A stretch of DNA of 64,000 nucleotides from an uncultured Acidobacteriaceae bacterium (GCA_963842095.1 CAWJEY010000007.1:137602-201601); one strand, 5' to 3'. Positions 51,312 through 60,822 are shown, counted from the stretch's first letter. Notes: a model not told the origin generated them from the sequence alone. Numbers and translations: made by a program.

Positions 51312-52622
51312 CTAGCGCGCGGGAACGGCAGTTGCAATCCGCTTCCCGATTGGCACAAATTCCCGCTCTTCGTGCCCCGTGTAAATCTGCCGCGGTCGCG
51401 CAATCTTCTGCTCCGGATCGTTCACCAACTCCTGCCACTGCGCCAGCCAGCCTGCCGTGCGCGCAATCGCGAACAGCACGGTGAACATCGCTGGCGGGAA
51501 GCCCATCGCCTGGTACATGATGCCGGAATAGAAGTCGACATTGGGATACAGCTTGCGCTTCACGAAATAGTCGTCTTCCAGAGCGATGCGCTCCAACTCC
51601 AGCGCAATGTCCAGCTTCGGGTTGCGTCCCGTAACCTCAAAAACCTGCTCCGAAGACCATTTGATGATCTTCGCCCGCGGATCGTAATTCTTGTATATGC
51701 GATGTCCGAATCCCATCAGCTTGCCGTGCCCCTCCTTCACCTTCTTGATGTAGGCGGGCACGTTGTCCTTCGAACCAATTTCATCCAGCATCTTCAGGAC
51801 TTCTTCATTGGCTCCGCCATGCAACGGTCCCGCCAGGGCAGACGCCGCCGACGCCAGCGATAAATACGGATCGGTCTGGGCGCTGCCCACAGAGCGCATG
51901 GCATTGGTGCCGCAGTTCTGTTCGTGATCGGCATGCAGAATAAACAGGATGTCGAGGGCGCGCGAGAGGACGGGATTCGCCACATATTTCGGCTCCACCA
52001 TCCTCCACAACATGTTCATGAAATTCTCGGTGTAGCTCAAATCGTTGTCCGGATACACATACGGGAAACCCACGTTGTGCCGGTACGACAGGGCGGCAAT
52101 CGAAGGGACCTTCCCAATCAGACGAACAATCTGGTGCATGCGGTTCTTGGGGTCGTGGATCTCGCGGGCTTCCGGATAAACACTCGACAACGCCGCCACC
52201 GTGCTCACGAACATGCCCATGGGATGGGAATCGTAGCGGAATCCCTCCATGAACTTCTTGATGCTCTCGTGCAACATGGTGTGGTGGGTGATGTCGTGCA
52301 CCCAGGTCTTGAGTTCGGACTCGGTGGGCAAATCACCAAAAAGCAGCAGGTAGGCGACTTCCAGAAAAGTGCAGCGCTCGGCCAGCACTTCGATGGGGTA
52401 TCCGCGGTAGCGCAGGATTCCCCGGTCACCATCAATAAAGGTGATGCTGCTGCGGCACGATGCCGTGTTCATGAACGCCGGATCGTAGGTCATCAGCCCA
52501 AAATCTTCAGGACCCGTCTTGATCTGCCGCAGGTCCATCGCCCGGATCGTGCCATCCGCGATGGGAACGGTATAGGTTTGACGAGTGCGATTGTCCGTGA
52601 TGGTGAGTGTGTTCTCTGGCAT
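51312..52622 (-). CDS. gltA: citrate synthase (type II, hexameric-type length)
   Basis: 436 aa. Catalytic-region motifs are ILHADHEQN, GPLHGGANE and MGFGHRIYKNYDPR. Confidence 0.95.
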   Translation of the reverse strand: MPENTLTITDNRTRQTYTVPIADGTIRAMDLRQIKTGPEDFGLMTYDPAFMNTASCRSSITFIDGDRGILRYRGYPIEVLAERCTFLEVAYLLLFGDLPTESELKTWVHDITHHTMLHESIKKFMEGFRYDSHPMGMFVSTVAALSSVYPEAREIHDPKNRMHQIVRLIGKVPSIAALSYRHNVGFPYVYPDNDLSYTENFMNMLWRMVEPKYVANPVLSRALDILFILHADHEQNCGTNAMRSVGSAQTDPYLSLASAASALAGPLHGGANEEVLKMLDEIGSKDNVPAYIKKVKEGHGKLMGFGHRIYKNYDPRAKIIKWSSEQVFEVTGRNPKLDIALELERIALEDDYFVKRKLYPNVDFYSGIMYQAMGFPPAMFTVLFAIARTAGWLAQWQELVNDPEQKIARPRQIYTGHEEREFVPIGKRIATAVPAR

Positions 52623-52780
52623 ATAAGACCTGTTCCTCTCGCTTGCGGTATAAGCCTAGCGTAGCCTAGGCTAGTTCGTTTCGACAATCTTCCGCTGTGA
52701 CGGCAGTCACCCAGTTGTGTGCTTCACGGCCTTTACGGTCCAAGCAGTGACGGCTTCAACGTCGCCTGGCGCACACACAA

Positions 52781-52804
52781 AACCGGCGGCCGCGGCCGCC
52801 GGTT
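52781..52804 (-). terminator. intrinsic terminator after the M48 peptidase gene
   Basis: The perfect 24-nt palindrome AACCGGCGGCCGCGGCCGCCGGTT is followed on the minus strand by TTGTGTGTG. Confidence 0.55.
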
Positions 52805-52829
52805 CGTTGCTGCCTCAATCGCTCCATCG

Positions 52830-54008
52830 CTAGTTCGACGAATCATCGCGCCGCTTCAAGGTTGGCCGATCATCATCGCTCTTACTGTCCCCGGCGTTGG
52901 GGTCGCTGCTGGTGGAAGTGCGCCGCAAGCTGGGCTTGTTGGCGTCCTTCTGGTCAAGCACCTTGTGGCGGTTCTCGATCGACGCCAACCGCGCCTTGAC
53001 TTCGTCGAATTCCGAGGTGGTCACAATGTATTGCGGCTTCGAAGGCAGGATCTTTCGAATTTCCTCCTGCGACTTTTCGATGCGGTCCGCACTCTGCGGG
53101 TGTGTGTCAAAGGCCTTGGAGATCGTCCCCGGCTTCTTCTTCTCCATCGCCTGAATCTTTTCGAAGAAGGATACAAACGCCGAGGGGTCATATCCGGCGC
53201 GGTACATATACTGCACACCGAGGTAGTCGGCCTGCGCCTCGAACTCGCGAGAGAACTTCAGGAAAGTCATAGGGATCGCCAGCCCCGACGCTTCGTACCC
53301 CGCGTAGCCAATCGCGCCGCCCATAAAGATGAACGGGATCGAAGCCATTTGCAACCACTGCGCGCGCGTCATTTCGCGTCCGTAGTGGCAAGCCGCCACG
53401 TGGGCAATCTCGTGGGCCATTACGCCCGCCATTTCGGCTTCTTCATCGGCCGCCAGGATCAACCCAGAATTCACATAGAAGAATCCGCCGGGCAGAGCCA
53501 TCGCATTCACCACGTCGGAATCAATCACTTTGATTGTAAAGGGCACCTGCGCATCCGAATTCCGCACCAGGTTCTGGCCGATCCGGTTGACGTACTCCGT
53601 GATCACCGGATCGTTCACCAGCTTGATCTGCGACTCGATCTGCTGCGCATATACCCGGCCCCGCGCCACCTGGCCTTCTACCGTGTACCAGTTGCCCATG
53701 CCACGAGCGCAACCGACGTTGCGGTTACCCACTGCGTCCACGTCGGTTATGGTGCCGTCGTGCTTCATCTGGCTGTCATCCTGCGTCGGTAGAGCGGCCG
53801 GCGCCTGCTTCGGCGCGTTTTGGATGTCAGCGGCTTTCGGCCGGCCTTGGTCTGGATCTTGAGTAGGAGTTTGAGTTTGCGGCTGGGTTTGAGTTTGGGT
53901 CTGAGTTGGAGCTTGGGTCTGACCGGGATCCTGCGTCTGCGCCTGCGTCCAGGGCCCTGCGCTGAACGCCGCCATTGCCACCGTGATTGCCAACCAACGG
54001 AATTTCAT
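52830..54008 (-). CDS. M48-family zinc metallopeptidase, secreted, with an N-terminal Q/T/P-rich low-complexity linker
   Basis: HEIAHV (HExxH) motif. The signal peptide MKFRWLAITVAMAAFSA starts at the ATG at 54008, with the SD AAGGAG upstream. Confidence 0.88.
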   Translation of the reverse strand: MKFRWLAITVAMAAFSAGPWTQAQTQDPGQTQAPTQTQTQTQPQTQTPTQDPDQGRPKAADIQNAPKQAPAALPTQDDSQMKHDGTITDVDAVGNRNVGCARGMGNWYTVEGQVARGRVYAQQIESQIKLVNDPVITEYVNRIGQNLVRNSDAQVPFTIKVIDSDVVNAMALPGGFFYVNSGLILAADEEAEMAGVMAHEIAHVAACHYGREMTRAQWLQMASIPFIFMGGAIGYAGYEASGLAIPMTFLKFSREFEAQADYLGVQYMYRAGYDPSAFVSFFEKIQAMEKKKPGTISKAFDTHPQSADRIEKSQEEIRKILPSKPQYIVTTSEFDEVKARLASIENRHKVLDQKDANKPSLRRTSTSSDPNAGDSKSDDDRPTLKRRDDSSN

Positions 54009-54249
54009 GGGAACTCCTTTGCGGCCAGACCTGCTCTGCCTGACATTATACGCCCGGCTGGAAGCACACCAACCCCAAACTTCTTCACCCAATTAGACGC
54101 TCCCCTCCCCGCCGGGGTTATCCAGGGGTGCATGGCCGGGCGTGGATTTTGTCTGCCCCAGCCGGTAAACTTTGCTTGGCGGACTCGCCAGAGTGATAGG
54201 AAACTAACCACTTTGCCGGATGGCCGTCTTTTCCGAGACAGGAGGCCTT

Positions 54250-55101
54250 ATGTCTACGATTCAGCGGCGTGCCCGCAACTGCGGCGCTTTCTGGTGCGTG
54301 CTTCCTTTGCTGGCGGTCTCCACTTTCGCGATGGAACTGCGTCCCCCGGACAAAGCACCCGGCCTTTCGCACGATGCCATCGTCGGTCTCGTGGCTCAGA
54401 TTCAACGAGTCGACTACGAGGGCGATCGCCCAGCTCTGAAGCGTCTCCACGATGACCTCACGCCCATCCCAGAAGACAACAAGCTGGCAGCGCGCGTGCT
54501 CTACTGGCGCGGATTTGCCTTGTGGCGCAGAGCGATTAACGGCTTCAACGAATCCCCCACTCCAACTGATCTCGAAGAGGATCTCACACAGGCGGTCACC
54601 GATTTCAAAGACGCCATTGCCCGAGACCCTGCGTTCGTGGAACCTAAGATTGGAGGCGGCTCTAGTCTGGGCTACCTGATGTACTTGCACAGGAAGGATG
54701 CAACCCGCGTTCAGGAATTGCTCCAACAGTCGAGTCCGCTTTTGAAGGAAGCCATGGCGGCAGCCCCAGACAATCCTCGACTGCTCTGGGTGCTCGGCCC
54801 CATTCGTTGGTCGTCGCCTCCAGAGCGCGGAGGAGGGCAGGACAAGGCGTTTGAGGGTTACAACAAAGGTTTGGAAGCGATTCGCAACCGGAAGCACGAC
54901 GTGAGTGATCCGCTGGAGCCGACATGGGGAGAACCGGAGCTGCTGATGAGTCTCGCCTGGTCGAATTTGAGCCGAACCACGCCTGATCTAGCCGCCGCCG
55001 AGCAGGACGCGCAAGCCGCACTTAAACTCGTCCCCGACTGGCACTATGTTCGCGACATTCTGATGCCGCAGATTCGCGCCGCTCAAGCCAAAGCGCACTG
55101 A
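54250..55101 (+). CDS. hypothetical secreted all-helical (TPR-like) protein
   Basis: The ATG at 54250 has GGAGG 4 nt upstream. A signal-like N-terminus (FWCVLPLLAVSTFA) is present. Confidence 0.55.
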   Translation: MSTIQRRARNCGAFWCVLPLLAVSTFAMELRPPDKAPGLSHDAIVGLVAQIQRVDYEGDRPALKRLHDDLTPIPEDNKLAARVLYWRGFALWRRAINGFNESPTPTDLEEDLTQAVTDFKDAIARDPAFVEPKIGGGSSLGYLMYLHRKDATRVQELLQQSSPLLKEAMAAAPDNPRLLWVLGPIRWSSPPERGGGQDKAFEGYNKGLEAIRNRKHDVSDPLEPTWGEPELLMSLAWSNLSRTTPDLAAAEQDAQAALKLVPDWHYVRDILMPQIRAAQAKAH

Positions 55102-55212
55102 TGTGATTGGATGCCGCCGCGTGAGGGGATGCCAAGCATTCCGCTTGAGGATTCCTGCGCCCGGACGTAACATAGCGCCTTCCTTCATTCGTTCGTGCAG
55201 ACCGGAGGCCTA

Positions 55213-56502
55213 ATGCTCGACCGCCGTCGCTTCCTCACCACCGCCACTACTGGACTAGCCGCTTCCCTAGCCTTCCGCGGGAATCTCTTCGCGCAGCTGG
55301 AAAAAATTCCCCCACTCCCCGACCACTCCCTGCTCGACAAGAACGAAGACGCCTACTGGGCCGAGATGCGCAAGCAGTTCCTCATCCCCGAGGACGAGAT
55401 CTACCTCAACAACGGCACCGTCGGCTCCAGCCCCGCGCCCGTGCTGCGCGCCATCTTCGACGGCTACAACACCACTGAGAAAATGGACCAGCAGGATCCC
55501 GAAGACTACCCCATCTGGGGATACGCCTCGTGGAACGAGTTTCGCGATCCTTTGGCGGATTTCGTCGGCTGCCATCGCGACGAGATCGCCCTGCTTCGTA
55601 ACGCGACCGAGGCGAACAGCTACATCGCCAACGGCCTCGACATGAAGCCAGGTGACGAAGTCCTCATGACCGACCAGGAGCATCCCGGCGGCATTCATCC
55701 CTGGAACCTCAAGGCCAAGCGCTATGGCGTGGTAGTAAAGACCGTCACGCTGCCCCGCCCCGTGAAAGATGCGGCCCAGGTTCTCAATCTCTTCAACGAC
55801 GCCATCACGCCCCGCACGCGCGTCATCTTCTTCAGCCACATCACCACGTTTTCCGGAGTTGTGCTGCCCGCGAAAGAACTCAGCTCGCTCGCCCGGTCGA
55901 AAGGCATCCTCTCCGCCGTCGATGGCGCTCACGTGACCGGCATGATGCGCTTGAACATTCGCGACATCGGCTGCGACATGTATTCCTCCAGCCCGCATAA
56001 GTGGCTGCAGGCCCCGAAGGGTTCTGGCTTTTTGTATGTGCGTGACGAAATCATCGACCGCCTGTGGAACACCATCGTTACCGAAGGCTGGGACGACACC
56101 AAGCTTCGCGCCGAACGCTTCCAGCGCATCGGCAGCTCGAACGTGCCTGCTCTCTGGGGACTGCGCGCCTCGATTAAACTTGCCAACGACATAGGCCTCG
56201 ACCGCATCGAGCGCCGCCATCGCAAGCTCGCCGACTACATTCTCGATGAAATGAAAAAGCGGGGCGCCGAATCCTGGACCTCGCCCGATCCCGCCCTGCG
56301 CTGCGCCATCGTCAGCGTGAACGTCCCGCCCGTGCCGCGCATGGACCTGGAAAACTGGCTGTGGAAGACCCACAAGATCCGCATCCGGGGCGGCGACCCG
56401 AACAAGCTGCGGTTATCGACGCCGTACTACCTGCAGAAGAAGGATATTGACCGGTTCTTGGAGAAGTTTGACGAGTACAAACGGGAGAAGAAGCTGGCAT
56501 AG
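55213..56502 (+). CDS. class-V-fold PLP-dependent aminotransferase / desulfurase-like enzyme with a Tat signal
   Basis: MLDRRRFLTTATTGLAASLAF twin-arginine signal. PLP-Lys context SSPHKWLQAPKGSG. The SD GGAGG lies upstream of the ATG at 55213. Confidence 0.85.
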   Translation: MLDRRRFLTTATTGLAASLAFRGNLFAQLEKIPPLPDHSLLDKNEDAYWAEMRKQFLIPEDEIYLNNGTVGSSPAPVLRAIFDGYNTTEKMDQQDPEDYPIWGYASWNEFRDPLADFVGCHRDEIALLRNATEANSYIANGLDMKPGDEVLMTDQEHPGGIHPWNLKAKRYGVVVKTVTLPRPVKDAAQVLNLFNDAITPRTRVIFFSHITTFSGVVLPAKELSSLARSKGILSAVDGAHVTGMMRLNIRDIGCDMYSSSPHKWLQAPKGSGFLYVRDEIIDRLWNTIVTEGWDDTKLRAERFQRIGSSNVPALWGLRASIKLANDIGLDRIERRHRKLADYILDEMKKRGAESWTSPDPALRCAIVSVNVPPVPRMDLENWLWKTHKIRIRGGDPNKLRLSTPYYLQKKDIDRFLEKFDEYKREKKLA

Positions 56503-56508
56503 CCTACG

Positions 56509-56541
56509 TGGTCATCTTGATATGACCATGTATGTTACAAT
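56509..56541 (+). promoter_or_regulatory. vapBC promoter/operator: 7-bp inverted repeat plus a -10 box
   Basis: TGGTCAT (56509-15), a 6-nt spacer, then ATGACCA (56522-28). TACAAT at 56536-41 ends 6 nt before the antitoxin ATG at 56548, so the mRNA would be leaderless. Confidence 0.5.
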
Positions 56542-56547
56542 GTGTCC

Positions 56548-56781
56548 ATGAAGACGATCGCGGCTGCGGAGTTCAAGGCGCGCTGTCTTACCCTTATGGA
56601 AGACGTGCGCTCCACCAGAGAACCGATAGTGATCACGAAGCGTGGCAAGCCCGTTGCAAAACTGGTGCCCGCAGAACCTCCGAAACGGGAGTTCATCGGC
56701 AGTTTGAAGGGCGTCTTTCGGATCGTCGGTGACATCGAGTCCCCAGCTGTGCCGACAGAAGATTGGGAATCTTCGCTGTGA
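56548..56781 (+). CDS. Phd/YefM-family type II antitoxin
   Basis: MKTIAAAEFKARCLTLMEDVRSTREPIVITKRGKPVAKLVP. The track ORF starts 2 codons earlier at a GTG. Confidence 0.85.
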   Translation: MKTIAAAEFKARCLTLMEDVRSTREPIVITKRGKPVAKLVPAEPPKREFIGSLKGVFRIVGDIESPAVPTEDWESSL

Positions 56782-57167
56782 TTTTGCTCGACACTCACGT
56801 GCTGATTTGGGCGCGAGACGATTCCAAACGGCTCTCGCGGGCAGCAGCGTCCGCCATTCGACGCGCCCGTCACAATGGCGGCCTCGCCATCTCGGCAATC
56901 AGCCTGTGGGAACTCGCATCGCTCTTTGCCAGCGGGAAGATACAGGGGTATGGCACGGTCGAGGCCTCGATTGGTTTATTAATAGAAGATGTCACCGTAC
57001 GGCCTATCACGCCTGAGATCGCGGCTCTCGCCGCGCAATTTCCGGATGACTATTCGCGCGATCCCTCCGATCGTCTCATCGGAGGGACCGCCCGCGCAGA
57101 GGGCCTGACCCTGATTACCCACGACGAGAAAATCCGAAGAAGCCCGCTGCTCAGGACGGTTTGGTAG
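56778..57167 (+). CDS. vapC: PIN-domain VapC-type toxin
   Basis: VILLDTHVLIW ... ISLWELA ... DPSDRLI ... LITHDEKI. The GTG at 56778 overlaps the antitoxin stop (GTGA). Confidence 0.85.
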   Translation: MILLDTHVLIWARDDSKRLSRAAASAIRRARHNGGLAISAISLWELASLFASGKIQGYGTVEASIGLLIEDVTVRPITPEIAALAAQFPDDYSRDPSDRLIGGTARAEGLTLITHDEKIRRSPLLRTVW

Positions 57168-57190
57168 GCTCTGGACCGCCTTTCCCTCCC

Positions 57191-57291
57191 TCAGTCGTAA
57201 TACTCCAGCCCCTAATGCGTGATCAGTTCCTCGCCCTTCAAATGCTGCAGCGTGTTCATCACCTTCATCAACTGAATAAACAGATCATGCT
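57191..57291 (-). pseudogene. relic copy of the last 33 codons plus stop of ino1
   Basis: It is identical to 58188-58288 at 91 of 101 positions in my hand alignment, in the same orientation. It has an in-frame TAG where ino1 has TTG (Leu). The homology starts exactly at the stop codon. Confidence 0.8.
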
Positions 57292-57317
57292 GCCTGAGGG
57301 ATAATCTTGCTGGGTCA

Positions 57318-58064
57318 CTAATGAAAGGGAAACAACACCCCCGCCGAGAATCCGACAGAATCAACCAGTTGCGGGGGCAGAGCGCTCGACCCCACGAAGG
57401 CCTTGCCATAGTCGATGGAACCGCGAAAGCTGATCTGACGCGCGACGCGAAACTCCAGCCCTGCCGCAAAATTCACGGCAAATCCGTTTTCCGCTTCGAT
57501 ACGCGAGAGGTTCAACGCAGGCCCAGCAGTGCTGAACGTCGCATGCGAATGAGCAACCCCGAAAAGGACGTCGGCGAAGGGAGTCACCCGCGTCCGGTTG
57601 CGAAAAGCGACCTCGGGCCCCGCGGTGAACCGGAACAGGCTGGGATCAAGTGCAAAACCCTGCGCCGTACAAGGCGGCTGACTGCAATTGGGAACCAACG
57701 TAAACTGGTTGCTGCCGAGAGGAACAACGCCAAGCGTAAAGCTATTGCTGCTGAAGTGGGCGTCAAACAGACCCACGATTCCAAAATACCGGTTCAGGTT
57801 GCGCACCCCTCCAATTTCGAATCCATGCCCGTTCTCGTCGTAGTCGAATGCGGGCAAGTTGATGTTTGGGTTGAAGTGAAAGTTGTGATTGTTCGTCTCG
57901 ACGGAAGAATAGCCGGCAAAAATCCCCCACTTGGGCGCATCGAATGTTCCGTGTCTGGCCGCACTCGCAGGACCGGCCGACGCCTGATCCGCGGCGGTTT
58001 GCGCCCGCACTCCAACCGCGAGGCCGGCGATCAATACCATAGTCACGACGCGCAGGTTTCGCAT
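57318..58064 (-). CDS. outer-membrane beta-barrel protein (OMP_b-brl / OmpA-N-like)
   Basis: Signal peptide MRNLRVVTMVLIAGLAVGVRAQT, alternating-hydrophobicity strands, an aromatic C-terminus (...GVLFPFH), and the SD AAGGAG. Confidence 0.8.
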   Translation of the reverse strand: MRNLRVVTMVLIAGLAVGVRAQTAADQASAGPASAARHGTFDAPKWGIFAGYSSVETNNHNFHFNPNINLPAFDYDENGHGFEIGGVRNLNRYFGIVGLFDAHFSSNSFTLGVVPLGSNQFTLVPNCSQPPCTAQGFALDPSLFRFTAGPEVAFRNRTRVTPFADVLFGVAHSHATFSTAGPALNLSRIEAENGFAVNFAAGLEFRVARQISFRGSIDYGKAFVGSSALPPQLVDSVGFSAGVLFPFH

Positions 58065-58187
58065 CCGACAATCTCCTTCGGATCGGCTGCCGGTCGCAGC
58101 AGAGCCTTTCTAAGTGGTCTTGGACGCGCGAGGCGACAATCGGGATGCCATCAGTTCGAAGTAAATTATGAGGAGGAGCGAAGAATC

Positions 58188-59600
58188 TTAGTCGTAATAC
58201 TCCAACCCCAAGTGCGTAATCAACTCCTCGCCCTTCAAATGCCGCAGCGTGTTCTTCAGCTTCATCAACTGAATAAACAGATCATGCTCGGGATAGAGCC
58301 CCGGCACCGTCATGGGAGACTTGAAGTAGAAGCTCAACCATTCCTGAATCCCCAGCCCGCGCAACTCTGAACACCGCTTCGCCAGATCGACCAGCAGCAC
58401 CAGGTCCAGCACAATCGGCGCCGCCAGAATCGAGTCGCGGCACAGGAAATCGACCTTGATCTGCATGGGATATCCCAGCCATCCGAAGATGTCGATGTTG
58501 TCCCATCCCTCTTTGTTATCCCCGCGAGGCGGGTAATAGTTGATGCGAACTTTGTGGCACATCTTGCCATACAGGTCCGGGTAGAGCTCGGGCTGCAGAA
58601 TGTGCTCCAGCACTGAAAGCTTCGACTCTTCCTTGGTCTTGAACGACCCCGGATCGTCCAGCACTTCGCCGTCGCGGTTGCCCAGGATGTTGGTGGAGAA
58701 CCATCCGTTCAGGCCCAGCATGCGCGCCTTGAAACCTGGAGCAAGGATCGTCTTCATCAGCGTCTGTCCGGTTTTGAAATCCTTCCCGCAGATCGGCGCT
58801 TCGTTCTGCCGTGAGAGTTCGAGCATCACCGGCAAATCCACAGTCAGGTTCGGCGCGCCGTTGGCGAAGGGCACGCCCTCCATCAGCGACGCGTAGGCAT
58901 AGATCATCGAAGGCGCGATCATCTCGTCGTTCTCGCGCAGCGCTTTCTCAAACGACTTTAGCGACTGGTGCGCCTCGGTCGCCTCGATGTAGGACTCCGT
59001 CGAGCCACACCACATCGTGATCAGCCGGCTCGCGCCGCTGGTCTTCTTAAAGTCGCGGATGTCGTCGCGCAACTGCTCGGCAAGATCCATCTTCGTCTTG
59101 CCCTTCTTCACGTTCGGCCCGTCGATCTTTTTCACGTAATTGTGATCGAACACCGCGGCCCGCGGCGTCACCGACGCAAGAAACGGCTTCAACTGATCGA
59201 GCAGCCTCTGATCGAGCACTCCTGCATTCGATGCCGCTTCGTACATGTTGTCCTCGAAAATATCCCAGCCGGTAAAGACCAAGTCGTCGAGCGTGGCCAG
59301 CGGTACGAACTCCTTGATCTTCGGCGAGCGCCCGTCGGTGCGCTTGCCCAGCCGCACGGTGCCCATCTGCGTAAGCGACCCGATCGGTTTCGCCAGCCCT
59401 TTGCGAATCGCCTCCACGCCTGCGACAAACGTGGTCGCCACCGCGCCCATGCCCGGGATCATCACCCCCAGCTTCCCTTTCGCCGGCTGGATCGTGCCGT
59501 TCGGCTGCGGGTTATTCCGCGCCTTGACGTAGTTTTTCACTTCGATGCGGAGGGCTTTCGATGCTGTCTTCAACTTTGCGGATTTATTCCGTGTCGCCAT
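58188..59600 (-). CDS. ino1: myo-inositol-1-phosphate synthase (inositol-3-phosphate synthase)
   Basis: 470 aa with GVMIPGMGAVATT NAD-binding N-terminus, the ...SYIEATEAHQ... region and the C-terminal LGLEYYD. Confidence 0.92.
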   Translation of the reverse strand: MATRNKSAKLKTASKALRIEVKNYVKARNNPQPNGTIQPAKGKLGVMIPGMGAVATTFVAGVEAIRKGLAKPIGSLTQMGTVRLGKRTDGRSPKIKEFVPLATLDDLVFTGWDIFEDNMYEAASNAGVLDQRLLDQLKPFLASVTPRAAVFDHNYVKKIDGPNVKKGKTKMDLAEQLRDDIRDFKKTSGASRLITMWCGSTESYIEATEAHQSLKSFEKALRENDEMIAPSMIYAYASLMEGVPFANGAPNLTVDLPVMLELSRQNEAPICGKDFKTGQTLMKTILAPGFKARMLGLNGWFSTNILGNRDGEVLDDPGSFKTKEESKLSVLEHILQPELYPDLYGKMCHKVRINYYPPRGDNKEGWDNIDIFGWLGYPMQIKVDFLCRDSILAAPIVLDLVLLVDLAKRCSELRGLGIQEWLSFYFKSPMTVPGLYPEHDLFIQLMKLKNTLRHLKGEELITHLGLEYYD

Positions 59601-59746
59601 ATTTTTGGCCGCTTCCTCAGTAAGAATCTGTAGGGATGTGCAAACCTTGTATGTTCTCGTATCCGGTGGGAGTTTTGCAAACGCGAGCGGCCAAACGCGC
59701 AGAAAATCGGTTCAACGGGCGAGGGAGAACATCGGTTGGAGCGCGC

Positions 59747-60031
59747 CTACCCTCGCATACCGAAAAGTATGGTTGCTAACATCAGAAAAACATAGGCGGG
59801 CATCAGGTTAGCCCATTCGAATTGCCTGCGTCCCTTTCGTCCCCAACTAGCAAGTACAGGTACTAGAACCAAGTACGCAAGCAGGAAACACGCCATGCTC
59901 TTCCCCGCCCAATCCCAGACCTTCCAACGGTGGAGGATCGCAATCAGGACATCTGTTGTAGCTATGGCCGCGAAGATTTTGATTGTCAAGAGGGGTGTCC
60001 CAGGAGTATCCGGCGCGGCTATTGGCTCCAT
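59747..60031 (-). CDS. hypothetical small membrane protein (94 aa)
   Basis: Three hydrophobic helices, with GAGG 9 nt upstream of the ATG at 60031. It competes with overlapping ORFs in other frames (59847-60269 minus, 59895-60158 plus). The region is locally AT-richer. Confidence 0.35.
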   Translation of the reverse strand: MEPIAAPDTPGTPLLTIKIFAAIATTDVLIAILHRWKVWDWAGKSMACFLLAYLVLVPVLASWGRKGRRQFEWANLMPAYVFLMLATILFGMRG

Positions 60032-60326
60032 TGCGGTTAACCTCGTAAACGATTATAGTCCCGTCGCCAAGGCTGCCGTGATTACCTCGAATGACTCCCA
60101 TAAATATTTTGCGTTGGACTCTAGCGCCCGCATCCTTCATAGTGGAATCACTTCGTAAACCAGCTCTGTAGCCGGTCCCGCGAAGCTGATGTTTGCAGGC
60201 CAGCCCTGATGTTGGCAGTGCAATTCTCCTGACCCTGTTGTTCTCCACTTCAATCTGAGCCCACGCCATTCGGCCTCGCGCCGGTAGTGTGCTCTTCAGA
60301 CTAAGAAAAAAAGAACAGGAGATCCC

Positions 60327-60755
60327 ATGAAATCAATTCGCAGATTCGTCTACGCCGCGGTTTTGACCGTGAGCGCTCTGAACTTCGCGCCCAACCTGGC
60401 CTCTGCCCAGGATGCTCGCGGAACCTTCACGCTGACCCACGAAGTCCACTGGCAGAACGCCATCGTGCCCGCGGGCAAATACCGCTTCACCATGGCGGCC
60501 GACGGCCCCTCGGAGCTGCTCACGCTCAGCAAGATTAGCGGCAGCGGCGCAGGCTTCATGATTCTGGTCACCGATACCGAGGCCTCCCAACCCTCTGACC
60601 AGAGCCGGCTGGTGGTGGTCTCCAGGCCAGGGGGAAGCTTTGTCAGCACGATGCAGCTTCCCGAGTTCGGAGTAACACTGCACTTCGCAGTGCCAGCCGA
60701 GCCGCGCGAACTGGCGCAATCGGCCGCGACCGCGACTGCGTCCGCAACTCGCTAG
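60327..60755 (+). CDS. hypothetical secreted protein
   Basis: SD AGGAG, and signal peptide MKSIRRFVYAAVLTVSALNFAPNLASAQ. Confidence 0.6.
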   Translation: MKSIRRFVYAAVLTVSALNFAPNLASAQDARGTFTLTHEVHWQNAIVPAGKYRFTMAADGPSELLTLSKISGSGAGFMILVTDTEASQPSDQSRLVVVSRPGGSFVSTMQLPEFGVTLHFAVPAEPRELAQSAATATASATR

Positions 60756-60768
60756 CCCATCGGCTGCC

Positions 60769-60822
60769 AAGCCCGAGAGCAGATAACCCAGATCTGCTCT
60801 CGGGCTTCTTTGTGTTTGTTTG
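60769..60822 (+). terminator. strong intrinsic terminator
   Basis: AAGCCCGAGAGCAGAT-aacccag-ATCTGCTCTCGGGCTT forms a 16-bp perfect stem, followed by CTTTGTGTTTGTTTG. Confidence 0.85.

Noticed and set aside
53850-53940. The Q/T/P-rich repeat (QTQAPTQTQTQTQPQTQTPTQ) in the M48 peptidase, and the IPDSTIPASAIRDST mini-repeat in ilvA (about 6030-6075).
   Set aside because: These are in-frame low-complexity linkers inside otherwise intact genes. They are probably slippage products of no special significance.
59847-60269. The 140-aa minus ORF and the 87-aa plus ORF (59895-60158), which compete with the small membrane ORF at 59747-60031. I also considered a fusion or frameshift between MKDAGARVQRKIF... 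and MEPIAAPD...
   Set aside because: There is no motif support for either, and the coding potential is ambiguous. Only the TM-rich ORF with an upstream GAGG is listed, at low confidence.
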